Below, piece after piece: positions 38,489-48,295 of a stretch of 60,714 nt of DNA (positions within the stretch are counted from its first letter, which is position 1; every line of letters begins with the position of its first letter). Under the pieces are notes generated by a model. It was not told where the DNA came from. It searched no databases and saw only the letters and a list, made by a program, of their open reading frames with translations. This stretch comes from Acidobacteriaceae bacterium (GTDB taxonomy: Bacteria; Acidobacteriota; Terriglobia; Terriglobales; Acidobacteriaceae). The DNA lies in contig DATMLK010000194.1 in NCBI GenBank assembly GCA_035570215.1, positions 1 to 60,714 of the forward strand, written 5' to 3'. Both the position numbers and the translations under genes were made by a program.

Positions 38489-39358
38489 ATGAGCACTATG
38501 CCCGTAGCTATCCCAAAACGCCAAAGCGACCCCGAACCGCTCGCCGCGGCCATTCAAGCGATCACGCGCCGGATCGACGCAGGCGTTGGCGACCTGAGCC
38601 TGGGCGCACTCGCCCACAGCGTGGGGCTGAGTCCCTTCGTCTTGCAGCGCGCCTTCAAACGCATCCTCGGCGTCTCGCCGCACGAATATGCCACCGCTCG
38701 CAAGCTGGAACGCTTCCGCGCCGGTCTGCTCCATGGCAAGAACGTGACCACGGCGACCTATGACGCAGGCTTCAACTCCTCCAGCCGCATCTATGAGAAG
38801 ACGGCGGCGCACTTCGGCCTGCCGCCGCGCGCCTATGCGAAGGCCGGAGCAGCACGGCCTATCTATTTCGCGATAACAAAATCGCCACTGGGCAGGATGC
38901 TCGTCGCGGCGACAGACCGCGGCGTTTGCAGCATCGCCTTTGGCAGCACTTCCACGGAACTCGAGGCCGGGCTGAGAAAAGACTTTCACAACGCTGTCAT
39001 AAAACGCACACCGCCGGACGGCGCGCTCGCCGAAGCGATTGAAAATATCCTGAGCCAACTCACGGAGCATCCCGCCGCGCTGGCGCTACCGCTCGACCTG
39101 CGGGCCACGGCATTTCAACAACGCGTGTGGATGGCGCTGATGCAGATCCCCCGCGGCGAGACGCGCAGCTACGCCGAGATCGCCCGCGCCTTGAGGTCGC
39201 CGAAGGCCGTTCGTGCTGTCGCGCGTGCCTGTGCGAGTAATCCTGTTGCGGTCGCGATTCCCTGCCATCGCGTCATCGGCAAGGACGGCTCGCTCACCGG
39301 CTACCGCTGGGGCGTGGAGCGGAAAAAGAAGCTCCTGCAGCTTGAAAAGTCCCTGTAA
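38489..39358 (+). CDS. AraC-type HTH / methylated-DNA-protein-cysteine methyltransferase fusion (Ada-like)
   Basis: The HTH region is LSLGALAHSVGLSPFVLQRAFKRILGVSPHEY. The C-terminal MGMT domain has the active site IPCHRVIGKDGSLTGYRWG. No N-terminal Cys4 Ada domain is seen. Confidence 0.88.
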   Translation: MSTMPVAIPKRQSDPEPLAAAIQAITRRIDAGVGDLSLGALAHSVGLSPFVLQRAFKRILGVSPHEYATARKLERFRAGLLHGKNVTTATYDAGFNSSSRIYEKTAAHFGLPPRAYAKAGAARPIYFAITKSPLGRMLVAATDRGVCSIAFGSTSTELEAGLRKDFHNAVIKRTPPDGALAEAIENILSQLTEHPAALALPLDLRATAFQQRVWMALMQIPRGETRSYAEIARALRSPKAVRAVARACASNPVAVAIPCHRVIGKDGSLTGYRWGVERKKKLLQLEKSL

Positions 39359-39462
39359 AAGCAGACTTTTACGCGATGAAAACGGCCCGAAGCGCAGACC
39401 ATCTGCATGGAATGGGACCTGGCGCGATGATATCCTGAAGCAGAACACTTCAAGGAGAACTC

Positions 39463-40896
39463 ATGGCACCGACAACACTGGAAAAGACCGCGACCGACTA
39501 CAAAGTAGCTGATATGTCGCTGGCCGACTGGGGCCGCAAGGAACTGACCATCGCCGAGGCGGAGATGCCCGGCCTGATGTCCATTCGCCGCAAGTATGCC
39601 GCGGGCCAGCCACTCAAGGGCGTACGCATCACCGGCTCGCTGCACATGACCATCCAGACCGGCGTGTTGATCGAGACACTCGTCGCGCTCGGCGCCGATG
39701 TGCGCTGGGCCAGCTGCAATATCTTCTCGACTCAAGATCACGCGGCCGCCGCCATCGCCGCCGCCGGCGTTCCCGTCTTCGCCTGGAAGGGCGAGACGCT
39801 GGAAGAGTACTGGGACTGCACCTGGCAGGCGCTCTCCTTCCCAAACGGCAACGGCCCCGAGCTGGTCGTCGACGACGGCGGCGACGTGACGCTGCTCATC
39901 CACAAGGGCTATGAGCTGGAGAACGGCGACACGTGGGTCGACTCCGCCTCCGAGAGCCATGAGGAGCAGGTCATCAAGGATCTGCTCAAGAAGATCCACA
40001 AGCAGGACCCCCAGCATTGGCACAAGACGGTGAAGTCGTGGCGCGGTGTCTCGGAAGAGACGACCACGGGCGTACACCGCCTCTACAAGATGAAGGAGGC
40101 GGGCAAGCTGCTCGTCCCAGCCATCAACGTGAACGACTCGGTCACCAAGTCCAAGTTCGACAACCTCTACGGCTGCCGCGAGTCGCTGGTCGACGGCATC
40201 AAGCGCGCCACTGACGTCATGGTGGCCGGCAAGGTCGCCGTCGTCTGCGGCTATGGCGATGTGGGCAAGGGCTCGGCGGCGTCACTGCGCGGGCTGGGCG
40301 CACGCGTTATCGTCACCGAGATCGATCCCATCAACGCTCTGCAGGCTGCGATGGAAGGCTATGAGGTCGCTCCCATCGAAGACACGCTCGGCCGCGGCGA
40401 CATCTACGTCACCTGCACCGGCAATGTGGACATCATCACGCTGGACCATATGAAGCTGATGAAGGACCAGGCCATCATCTGCAACATCGGCCACTTCGAT
40501 AACGAGATCCAGATGGACCGCCTCAACGCCGACAAGTCGGCGAAGAAGATGAACATCAAGCCGCAGGTCGACCAGTACACTTTCTCGGATACGGGCAACA
40601 GCATCTTCGTCCTCGCCGAAGGCCGCCTCGTCAATCTCGGTTGCGCAACAGGTCATCCCAGCTTCGTGATGTCGAACAGCTTCGCCAACCAGACGCTGGC
40701 CCAACTCGACCTGTGGAAGAACAAGGACACCTACAAGAACGACGTCTACATCCTGCCGAAGCACCTGGACGAGGAAGTCGCGCGGCTCCACCTGGAGAAG
40801 ATCGGCGTAAAGCTGACCACCCTGACCAAGAAGCAGGCCGAGTATCTCGGCGTCTCGCCGAACGGCCCGTATAAGGCGGAGAATTACCGTTACTAA
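39463..40896 (+). CDS. ahcY: adenosylhomocysteinase
   Basis: [27 protein letters not shown] and the NAD motif [12 protein letters not shown]...IGHFDNEI. Confidence 0.97.
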   Translation: MAPTTLEKTATDYKVADMSLADWGRKELTIAEAEMPGLMSIRRKYAAGQPLKGVRITGSLHMTIQTGVLIETLVALGADVRWASCNIFSTQDHAAAAIAAAGVPVFAWKGETLEEYWDCTWQALSFPNGNGPELVVDDGGDVTLLIHKGYELENGDTWVDSASESHEEQVIKDLLKKIHKQDPQHWHKTVKSWRGVSEETTTGVHRLYKMKEAGKLLVPAINVNDSVTKSKFDNLYGCRESLVDGIKRATDVMVAGKVAVVCGYGDVGKGSAASLRGLGARVIVTEIDPINALQAAMEGYEVAPIEDTLGRGDIYVTCTGNVDIITLDHMKLMKDQAIICNIGHFDNEIQMDRLNADKSAKKMNIKPQVDQYTFSDTGNSIFVLAEGRLVNLGCATGHPSFVMSNSFANQTLAQLDLWKNKDTYKNDVYILPKHLDEEVARLHLEKIGVKLTTLTKKQAEYLGVSPNGPYKAENYRY

Positions 40897-40915
40897 ACCG
40901 CTTCACAGAGCATGG

Positions 40916-40953
40916 AAAATCCCCCTGCACCGCAAAGGCCACAGGGGGATTTT
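40916..40953. terminator. bidirectional rho-independent terminator between convergent genes
   Basis: A perfect 12-bp stem, AAAATCCCCCTG (40916-40927) / CAGGGGGATTTT (40942-40953), gives an A/T run on both sides. Confidence 0.8.
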
Positions 40954-40980
40954 GCTTTAACTCCGTGACACCAGGAGAGG

Positions 40981-41310
40981 TTAGCTCTTGCGGGCGTTGT
41001 GCTTGTCGCGATAGATGCGGCGCGACTCGGCATTCTGCTGCTGGTGGATGGCCTTGCGGTCCTGACTGGTCAGATGGCCGTCGTCCGTCTTCCGCATGTC
41101 CTTCTCTTCGTGGTTGATGTCCTTTTCCTGGTTCTCAAGATGCGCGGTCTCGCCGGGGGTCAGCTCGCCGCTCTTCACGCCCTGGGCAATACGGTCCTGT
41201 TGATTTTCTTTGCGCTGATTGATGTCCTGCGCCTGTGCGCTGGCTGTAAAGGCCGCCGGCGCTGCCGCCATAAAAGCTGCGAGTGCAAGTGTTGTGATCT
41301 TCATCTTCAT
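40981..41310 (-). CDS. small secreted charged protein (LTxxQ-like repeats)
   Basis: Signal peptide MKMKITTLALAAFMAAAPAAFTASAQA, then a highly charged mature part containing GELTPGETAHLENQ and GHLTSQDRKAIHQQ. Confidence 0.6.
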   Translation of the reverse strand: MKMKITTLALAAFMAAAPAAFTASAQAQDINQRKENQQDRIAQGVKSGELTPGETAHLENQEKDINHEEKDMRKTDDGHLTSQDRKAIHQQQNAESRRIYRDKHNARKS

Positions 41311-41478
41311 TCTCCTGAACTGCGAAATGTCAGCCCTGGGGCTGCCGCGTACGCAGAGAATGAACACAGCGCATTTTGCCGAGTTGCGGCGCTCTTTGCG
41401 GATAAATTTTTATCGGATTTCGCAACTCGAATGGAACTTTCGTGTCGCCGGCCACCGGCAAAATTCAAAAAGAATGGC

Positions 41479-42228
41479 CTAGATACCGGGAACAGAGCCC
41501 GGCGGCTCGTAGTCGTCGGTGGTGACCACCTGCGCGCCGGGCGTGGTGATGATCTGCTGGTCCAGGATGATGAAGGTGTGCGCCGAGCCGCTGTTGAATA
41601 CCGTTTCCGTACTGCTGAACGTGGCCACGGTCGTGCTGGTCAGCACCGTGCCCGAGGGCACGATCTCTATCTGGTAGGTTCCGGTGGGAATGTTGATGTA
41701 AGCGCTGATGCTGGGGTCGCTGCTGCCGGTCAGCACAGGAGACACATCAAGCAGCGGCGTGCCGCTGGGCACCATGTAGACGTCATACGGGCCGGATTGC
41801 GTGGCCTCATTGATGACGCGAATGGCGATCTGACCGCTCGGTGCCGACGTACTCTGATCGGGGATGATGGTCTCCGCCAGAGCCGTCGAAACGGTTGAGA
41901 CCAGCACGGTGTACTGGTGGCCCGTGGAAACGCTGCCGAGGGTGGAGACCAGAGACTGGCTGGTGCCTGCCGTGTTGACGCTGAAGCGATAGGTGCCGGG
42001 CGAGATGGCCTGGTACGTGGAGACCTGACCAAAGCCCACGTTGTAGTCGACGGCCACTCCGGTCTCATAGAAATCGAGGCCGGGCGCGGTGGGCGCGGCG
42101 TCAATGAAGCGAATCTCGGCGAAGGTGGTGGTCGGGGTGATGCTCTGGCAGCCGGGCAAAGCCCAGCACAGACCCGTCAGCAGCGTAGCCAGGAGGATGC
42201 GTTTCGCGTTTTCAAGATTCACTGGCAT
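41479..42228 (-). CDS. DUF4397-domain lipoprotein
   Basis: Lipobox LCWALPGC, plus two repeats of the DUF4397 pattern (IRFIDAAPTAPGLDFY...GTYRFSV; IRVINEATQSGPYDVYM...GTYQIEIV). The start is taken at MPVNLENAKR; the track ORF extends to 42264. Confidence 0.7.
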   Translation of the reverse strand: MPVNLENAKRILLATLLTGLCWALPGCQSITPTTTFAEIRFIDAAPTAPGLDFYETGVAVDYNVGFGQVSTYQAISPGTYRFSVNTAGTSQSLVSTLGSVSTGHQYTVLVSTVSTALAETIIPDQSTSAPSGQIAIRVINEATQSGPYDVYMVPSGTPLLDVSPVLTGSSDPSISAYINIPTGTYQIEIVPSGTVLTSTTVATFSSTETVFNSGSAHTFIILDQQIITTPGAQVVTTDDYEPPGSVPGI

Positions 42229-42354
42229 GGCTTTGAGACGGCTGCATGCATCCGATAGACACATCGGACGTTAGGCATCATAGTAACGAATTTTGCGGCC
42301 TACTCCTAGCAGGGAATTTTAGAGGTGGCAGGCAGTGCCGGAGAGCCTGAATCT

Positions 42355-43707
42355 TCAGGCTTTTCCCATGTAAACGAAGCGCAGCGCGAAGAGCACCGCC
42401 AGCACGTAGAGCATCCAGTCCTTCCAGCGGAAGCGGCCACTGACGATCTGCAGCACGGCGAAGGCGATCATGCCGAAGCTGAGGCCGGTGGCGATGGAGT
42501 AGGTCAGCGGGATCGTGACCAGGGTGAGGAAGGCCGGGATCGCGATGAGCGGATCGCCCCATTCGATGTCCTTCACCGCGCCCAGCATCAGAGCACCTAC
42601 AAGGATCAGCGCAGGCGAGGTCGCCGAGGTGGGGATCGCCCCCACCAGCGGCGCGATGAACAACGCGACAAGAAAAAGAATGCCGGTGACGATCGCCGTC
42701 ACACCGCTGCGCCCGCCCACGGCAACGCCCGCGCCGGATTCGATGTAGCTGGTCACGGTGCTCGTTCCCGCGAACGAACCGAAGACGGTTGCGGTGGCAT
42801 CGGCGAAGAAGATGCGGTTCAGCCGCGGGATCTGGTGCTCGTCGTCCATCAGGCCGGCGTTCTTGGTGACGGCAACCAGCGTGCCGATGTTGTCAAAGAG
42901 ATCGACGAAGAGGAAGACGAAGACGATCTCGAACAGGCCGATGTGCAGCGCGCCGCGAATATCCAGCTTGAACGCGGTCGCGGTGATGTCCGCGAAGCTG
43001 TAGTGCTGCGGCTGCCACTGCACCTGGTGAAAGATGTACGCCGTCAGCGTGGTACCGAGAATGCCGATGAGCATCGACGCGCGCACGCGGAAGACCTGCA
43101 GCACGGCGATCAGCAGCAGGCCGAAGAGCGCCATCGCCGTGGTGGGCGCGCGCAGGTTGCCGAGGCCGACGACCGTCGCCGGATCGGCCACGATGATGCC
43201 CGCGTTGCGCAGGCCGATGAAGGCGATGAAAAGACCGATGCCTCCGGCCACCGCCGCGTGCAGCTCCCGCGGAATGGCGTGGACCAGTCTTTGCCGTATG
43301 CCGCCGATGGTGAGCACAAGAAAGATGCAGCCGCTCAGAAAGACCGCGCCGAGCGCCGTCTGCCACGGCACGCCCATCTTGAGCACCACGGTGTAGGTGA
43401 AGTAGGCGTTCAGGCCCATGCCGGGGGCCAGTGCGATCGGATACTTCGCCACCGCGCCCATCAGCATGCAACCCACTGCAGCGGAGATGCAGGTGCTCGC
43501 CGTGACCGCCGCGATCGGCATGCCCGTAAGGTGCAGGATCGCCGGGTTCACGAAGATGATGTACGCCATCGTGATGAAGGTGGTCAGCCCGGCGAGCGTC
43601 TCCGTCCGCCACGTGGTGCCGTGGGCGGCGAACTCGAAGTAGTGCTCTAAACGCTTGCGGAAAGTAGAAAAAGCTCCGCCCTGGGCCGCCGCATTCGATG
43701 TGCTCAT
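42355..43707 (-). CDS. NCS2/AzgA-family purine (adenine/guanine/hypoxanthine) permease
   Basis: FFADATATVFGSFAGTSTVTSYIESGAGVAVGGRSG and an overall AzgA-like topology. Confidence 0.88.
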   Translation of the reverse strand: MSTSNAAAQGGAFSTFRKRLEHYFEFAAHGTTWRTETLAGLTTFITMAYIIFVNPAILHLTGMPIAAVTASTCISAAVGCMLMGAVAKYPIALAPGMGLNAYFTYTVVLKMGVPWQTALGAVFLSGCIFLVLTIGGIRQRLVHAIPRELHAAVAGGIGLFIAFIGLRNAGIIVADPATVVGLGNLRAPTTAMALFGLLLIAVLQVFRVRASMLIGILGTTLTAYIFHQVQWQPQHYSFADITATAFKLDIRGALHIGLFEIVFVFLFVDLFDNIGTLVAVTKNAGLMDDEHQIPRLNRIFFADATATVFGSFAGTSTVTSYIESGAGVAVGGRSGVTAIVTGILFLVALFIAPLVGAIPTSATSPALILVGALMLGAVKDIEWGDPLIAIPAFLTLVTIPLTYSIATGLSFGMIAFAVLQIVSGRFRWKDWMLYVLAVLFALRFVYMGKA

Positions 43708-43761
43708 AGGGTTGGTGGTATACAGATGCTGTGAATATGGCTAGTTTACACAGGAGTCACG

Positions 43762-44313
43762 ATGAGCTCAGAGATAAAAGTAACTGCCGCAGAGATTAAA
43801 GAGCTTCTGCACCTCACGCCGCATCCCACCGAAGGCGGCTGGTATGTCCGCACCTACGAGTCAGACGCATTGATCGGACAGGCTGCGCTTGATCTGCGCT
43901 ACAGCGGCCCGCGCCGCACGGGAACGGCAATCTACTATCTGCTCGAGCCCGGCACCTTCTCCGAGATGCATCGCCTGCGCTCGGACGAACTCTTCCACTT
44001 CTACCTTGGCGACCCGGTGGAGATGCTGCAGCTTGCGCCACCGCATGAGGACCTTCCCGGCGAGCTGGACCCCGGCGCCTCGGAACGCATCGTGATCGGA
44101 AATAATCTCGCCGCAGGCCAGCGTCCGCAGGTGCTGGCATCGCATGGCGTCTGGCAGGGCTCGCGGCTGGTGCCGGGCGGCAGCTTTGCACTGCTCGGCT
44201 GCACCGTGTCACCGGGATTTGAGTTTGAGGATTATGAGGCCGGCGACCGCAACGAACTCATCGCGCAGTGGCCGGAGCATGCGGAGCTGATCCGCGCACT
44301 GACGCGGAACTAA
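43762..44313 (+). CDS. cupin-fold protein, DUF985 family
   Basis: GTAIYYLLEPGTFSEMHRLRSDELFHFYLGDP...GCTVSPGFEFEDYE. Confidence 0.8.
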   Translation: MSSEIKVTAAEIKELLHLTPHPTEGGWYVRTYESDALIGQAALDLRYSGPRRTGTAIYYLLEPGTFSEMHRLRSDELFHFYLGDPVEMLQLAPPHEDLPGELDPGASERIVIGNNLAAGQRPQVLASHGVWQGSRLVPGGSFALLGCTVSPGFEFEDYEAGDRNELIAQWPEHAELIRALTRN

Positions 44314-44320
44314 GTACGAG

Positions 44321-45775
44321 CTAGCTGCGTTCTTTCGGCAGGCGGATCAGGAACTCGGTGCGTCCCGGCTTGGAAGTGAAGCTGATGTGGCCGGCGTACT
44401 GCTGCGCCACGATGCGGTGCGCGATGTCGAGACCGAGACCCGTACCCACGCCCACTTCCTTGGTAGTGAAGAACGGCTCAAAGATGTGCGCCTGGCACTC
44501 CTGCGGTATTCCGCTGCCGTTGTCGGCGATGCTGACGCAGACCTCGGCGCCCTCGGCCCAGGTGCGGATCTGGATCTTGCCGTGCGGCGCGAGCGCGTCT
44601 GCGGCATTGTCGAGCAGGTTCGTCCACACCTGGTTCAATCCGGTGCCTGCGGTGTGGATGGGCGGCAGATCGGCGGCGAAGTCCTTCTCGATCTCGATCT
44701 GTTTCTCGCGCAGCTTGTGGCCGAGGATCACCAGCGTGGAGTGCAGGCTGTCGTTCACATCGACGTTCTGCATCTGGCCCTTGCCCTCGTAGGCATAGCT
44801 CTTGACCGCGTGTACCAGCTCGGAGACGCGGCCGATGCTCTCCTCGATCGTGCCCACCAGCTGCACGCTGGAGACCAGCGCTTCCAGCCAGTTCAGCACA
44901 TCGGAGAAAGCGTCGCCTTCAAACTCCACGCGTGCGCACTCCATCTGCTCCGTGGTCAGGCCGATGCCCACCAGCGTCGGTGCCAGCTTCCACGCATTGG
45001 CAATGGCCTTCTCCTCCATCCATGTCCGCAGTGCCTCTTCGGCGTCGGACTGGTCGAGCGAGTTCATGTGCACGGGCAGGCGGTTCGCCAGGGCCTGCTC
45101 CTGCAGCCCTGCGATGCACTGCTTCTGCGCGGGCGTACCTTCGCGGCGGCTGATGCTGAGACTCAGTTCCTGCAGGCGCACAAGGTTTTCGCGCAGCTGC
45201 TTGGCAGCGCGCTGGGCCGCGGCACCGGGATTGTTCAGCTCGTGCATCAACCCGGCGGCGAGCGTTCCCAGCGAGGCCAGCTTGTCCTGCTGCAGCGCGA
45301 ACTGCTGCAGCCTCTGCGAGCGCCAGGCCATCGCCTCCAGGATCTGTTGCCGGATCGCCGGACACTCCATCATCAGTTGCCAGAAACCGGCTTCAGAAAG
45401 CTTCAAAACGCGTGTGGGCGAGATCGTCTCCACACTTGTGGGATTGCCGGAGTTGGAGAGGATGGGTAGTTCGCCGAAGGCGTTCTGCCCTGGGACGCGC
45501 GCCACGGTGATCTCGCGGCCGTCTGCCTGCTTCTGAAAGATGCGCGTGCCGCCTTCGAGAATGATCCAGTAGAAGTGGTCCGTCTCGCCCTGCTTCACAA
45601 AGACCGTGCCGGCCGGCATCTCGATCAACTCGGCGGCGCTGAGGCAGTGCAGCTGATCTTCGCTCATTCCGGCTAAGGCAGGGATCTGATGCAGGGTCGC
45701 CAGCAGTTCGGCGGGTTTTGCGAAGAGAGCGGTCTTGTCTGCTTTTGCTGCACCGGGTTGGGTTGCGTTTGTCAT
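44321..45775 (-). CDS. histidine kinase with an N-terminal cyclic-nucleotide-binding domain
   Basis: cNMP-binding-like segment [26 protein letters not shown]...[10 protein letters not shown]-box [15 protein letters not shown], and HATPase motifs NLLDNAADA and [13 protein letters not shown]. Confidence 0.85.
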   Translation of the reverse strand: MTNATQPGAAKADKTALFAKPAELLATLHQIPALAGMSEDQLHCLSAAELIEMPAGTVFVKQGETDHFYWIILEGGTRIFQKQADGREITVARVPGQNAFGELPILSNSGNPTSVETISPTRVLKLSEAGFWQLMMECPAIRQQILEAMAWRSQRLQQFALQQDKLASLGTLAAGLMHELNNPGAAAQRAAKQLRENLVRLQELSLSISRREGTPAQKQCIAGLQEQALANRLPVHMNSLDQSDAEEALRTWMEEKAIANAWKLAPTLVGIGLTTEQMECARVEFEGDAFSDVLNWLEALVSSVQLVGTIEESIGRVSELVHAVKSYAYEGKGQMQNVDVNDSLHSTLVILGHKLREKQIEIEKDFAADLPPIHTAGTGLNQVWTNLLDNAADALAPHGKIQIRTWAEGAEVCVSIADNGSGIPQECQAHIFEPFFTTKEVGVGTGLGLDIAHRIVAQQYAGHISFTSKPGRTEFLIRLPKERS

Positions 45776-45787
45776 GCCTTTGTCTTT

Positions 45788-47452
45788 TTACAACGACGCC
45801 AGATACTGATGCACGAACTGAATTGCGATGGAACCTTCCCCGACAGCAGAGGCGCAGCGCTTGATGGAGCCGTGGCGGACGTCGCCGATAGCGAAGACGC
45901 CGGGTACGCTCGTTTCCTGCAGGTACGGGTCGCGCTTCAGCTTCCAGCTTTCGGGGAGCTTGCCGCCGGTCTTCAGGTCCTGCCCGGTCAGCACGAATCC
46001 CTTGTCGTCGCGCAGGATCGCGGTCGGCAGCCAGTCGGTCTTGGGCGCGGCGCCGATGAAGATGAAGATGGACTCTGTCTTGCGCTGCTCCATGCCGTTG
46101 GGCGTCTGCACGCAGATGGTCTCGAGATGTGTGTCGCCGGACATCTCCTTCACCTCGGTGCCGGTCTCCACGATGATGTTCGGCGTGGCGCGGATCTGGT
46201 CGATGAGGTACTTCGACATGCTCTTCTCCAGGCCCTCGCCGCGCACCAGCATGTGGACGTGTCCGGCGTAGCGGGAGAAGTGCATCGCCGCCTGTCCGGC
46301 CGAGTTCGCCCCGCCCACGATGTAGACGTCCTCGTCCTGGCAGGAGATCGCTTCGGTGAGCGCAGCGCCGTAGTAGACGCCCGCTCCGCTCAGCTTCTCC
46401 GCGCCCAGCACATCCAGCTTCACGTAAGAGACGCCGGTGGCGATCAGGCAGGCGTGGCAACTCAGCTCGCGGCCGTCCGCCAGAGTGACGATCTGGTAGT
46501 TGTTCTCCTCGCGCAGACCGGTGGCGCGCTGCGACAGAAACTCCGCCCCCAGCCGCTGCGCCTGCAGATAGGCGCGCTTGGCCAGCTCTTCCCCGCTGAG
46601 TCCGGCGGGAAAGCCAAGGTAGTTCTCGATCTTGGAGCTTGAGCCTGCCTGGCCACCGGGGGCATCGGCCTCGACGATCAGCGTCTTCAGGCCTTCGGAG
46701 GCACCGTACACGCCCGCCGCCAGACCGCTGGGCCCCGCGCCGATGATGATGGCGTCGTAGAACTCCAGCTCCGCCTGCACGCGCAGGCCGATCTTTGCCG
46801 CCAACTCGGTGTTCTGCGGCTGGATAAGCGCCGTATTGTCGCTAAAGACGACGACGGGCAGCTTGCTGTCGTCGCAGCCGGCCAGCGCGAGTAGATCGCA
46901 GGCCTCTTTCTTCGATTCCGGGCTGGCTTCAGGGTTGATCCACTTGTACTCGATGCGGTTGCGCGCCAGAAAATCACGCACGGCGTGGTCTGCCTGCGAC
47001 CAGCGCAGCCCGACGACGCGCACACCGTCGAACGGCGCTTCAAATCCTGTGCGCCAGGACTCCAGCAGGTCGTCCAGCACGGGGTAGAGCTTCTCCTCCG
47101 GCGGATCCCAGGGCTTGTTCAGGTAGTAGTGGATCTTGGCCGAGTTGATGGCGTGGATCGCGGCCTCGGTGTCGGCATAGGCGGTGAGCAGAACGCGCTT
47201 GGCATCGGGGAAGATCTGCATCACGCGACCGAGGAACTCAACGCCCGTCATGCCGGGCATGCGCTGGTCGCTCAGGATGAGCGCGATGGACTCCTTGCGC
47301 TCGAGCAGCTGCTGGGAGATATCCAGCGCGGCCTGACCGGAGGCGGCGCGCAGGATACGGTACTCCTGACCGTACTGGCGGCGCAGGTCCTGTACGACCG
47401 CCTCAAGTACGCTGATATCGTCATCCACTGCGAGTAGAACAGGCTTGACCAT
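45788..47452 (-). CDS. response-regulator receiver fused to a thioredoxin-fold linker and a TrxR-like FAD/NAD(P) oxidoreductase
   Basis: Receiver domain LLAVDDDISVLE...LILSDQRMPGMTG...NKPWDP. FAD motif IIIGAGPSGLAAG, NAD motif YIVGGANSAGQAA, and C-terminal GVFAIGDV. The position of the TrxR CATC motif reads GAGVYYGAALTEA. Confidence 0.85.
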   Translation of the reverse strand: MVKPVLLAVDDDISVLEAVVQDLRRQYGQEYRILRAASGQAALDISQQLLERKESIALILSDQRMPGMTGVEFLGRVMQIFPDAKRVLLTAYADTEAAIHAINSAKIHYYLNKPWDPPEEKLYPVLDDLLESWRTGFEAPFDGVRVVGLRWSQADHAVRDFLARNRIEYKWINPEASPESKKEACDLLALAGCDDSKLPVVVFSDNTALIQPQNTELAAKIGLRVQAELEFYDAIIIGAGPSGLAAGVYGASEGLKTLIVEADAPGGQAGSSSKIENYLGFPAGLSGEELAKRAYLQAQRLGAEFLSQRATGLREENNYQIVTLADGRELSCHACLIATGVSYVKLDVLGAEKLSGAGVYYGAALTEAISCQDEDVYIVGGANSAGQAAMHFSRYAGHVHMLVRGEGLEKSMSKYLIDQIRATPNIIVETGTEVKEMSGDTHLETICVQTPNGMEQRKTESIFIFIGAAPKTDWLPTAILRDDKGFVLTGQDLKTGGKLPESWKLKRDPYLQETSVPGVFAIGDVRHGSIKRCASAVGEGSIAIQFVHQYLASL

Positions 47453-47591
47453 AGGACTTTCAGTGTAGCGGAGGCGTGCAAAGTTTCGCTTACAGGATAG
47501 GATTCATTCCACCGCCCGGAGGATTCTTTCGCTGCTTTTTCTGGGATTTACCCCGCGGGAAAATTAGAATGAACCTGCGGAGGCCGGTGGC

Positions 47592-48260
47592 TTGAACAAG
47601 ATCATTCTCGCGGACAACCAGACCGTCTTTCGCGCCGGAACGGCCCATGCTCTCTCCGCGGGCGAGGAGAATCGCATCGTCGCCCAGTGCGAGACCGCCG
47701 AGCAGCTTCTGTACGCGGTGGAGAACTTCCCCGGCAGCATCGTGCTCTTTGCCTCCGCCATGCTGCATGGACCCGCCGCGCTCGACGACGTCACCAGCCG
47801 CGCCACCGCGGCCGACAGCAGAACGATCCTGATCACCGAGAACGGCGAGACCGCGCCGCAGGAGATGCTGCTCAAGGTGGACGGCGCCATCGCGCGCAAC
47901 ATCAGCGGTGCCGAGCTGGTGGAGTGCATCCGCAACGTGGCGCACGGCCAGAGGTCGATCGTCCGCGCCGGGGGTGACGCCGCGCAACTGTTGGACACCG
48001 TCGGCGCGCGCGTACGCGACCGGCTGACGCCGAAGGAGATGCAGATCGTGGCTCTCGTGGTGCAGGGCTGCAAGAACCGCGAGATCGCCGAGAAGCTGGA
48101 TACCAAAGAGCAGGTGATCAAGAACTACCTGCGCAGCGTCTACGACAAGACCGGCGTCAGTGACCGGCTGGAGCTTGCGCTCTTCACCGTCCACCACCGC
48201 ATCCTGGCCGAGGCCGCGGCCAAGGCCGGGCATCTGATCCAGCAGAAGCAGAGCGTCTAG
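47592..48260 (+). CDS. LuxR/NarL-family regulator with an atypical receiver domain
   Basis: C-terminal HTH LTPKEMQIVALVVQGCKNREIAEKLDTKEQVIKNYLRSVYDKTGVSDRLELALF. The N-terminal receiver-like fold has IVLFASAML where the phospho-acceptor Asp is expected. The start codon is TTG. Confidence 0.8.
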   Translation: MNKIILADNQTVFRAGTAHALSAGEENRIVAQCETAEQLLYAVENFPGSIVLFASAMLHGPAALDDVTSRATAADSRTILITENGETAPQEMLLKVDGAIARNISGAELVECIRNVAHGQRSIVRAGGDAAQLLDTVGARVRDRLTPKEMQIVALVVQGCKNREIAEKLDTKEQVIKNYLRSVYDKTGVSDRLELALFTVHHRILAEAAAKAGHLIQQKQSV

Positions 48261-48295
48261 AGCGTCTAGATAGTCGTCGTGGTGCTTTTGTTTTA

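Noticed and set aside
43708-43761. Purine riboswitch upstream of the NCS2/AzgA purine permease.
   Set aside because: The divergent spacer is only 54 nt, too short for the three-way-junction aptamer of about 70 nt plus an expression platform. No conserved purine-riboswitch loop sequences are seen.
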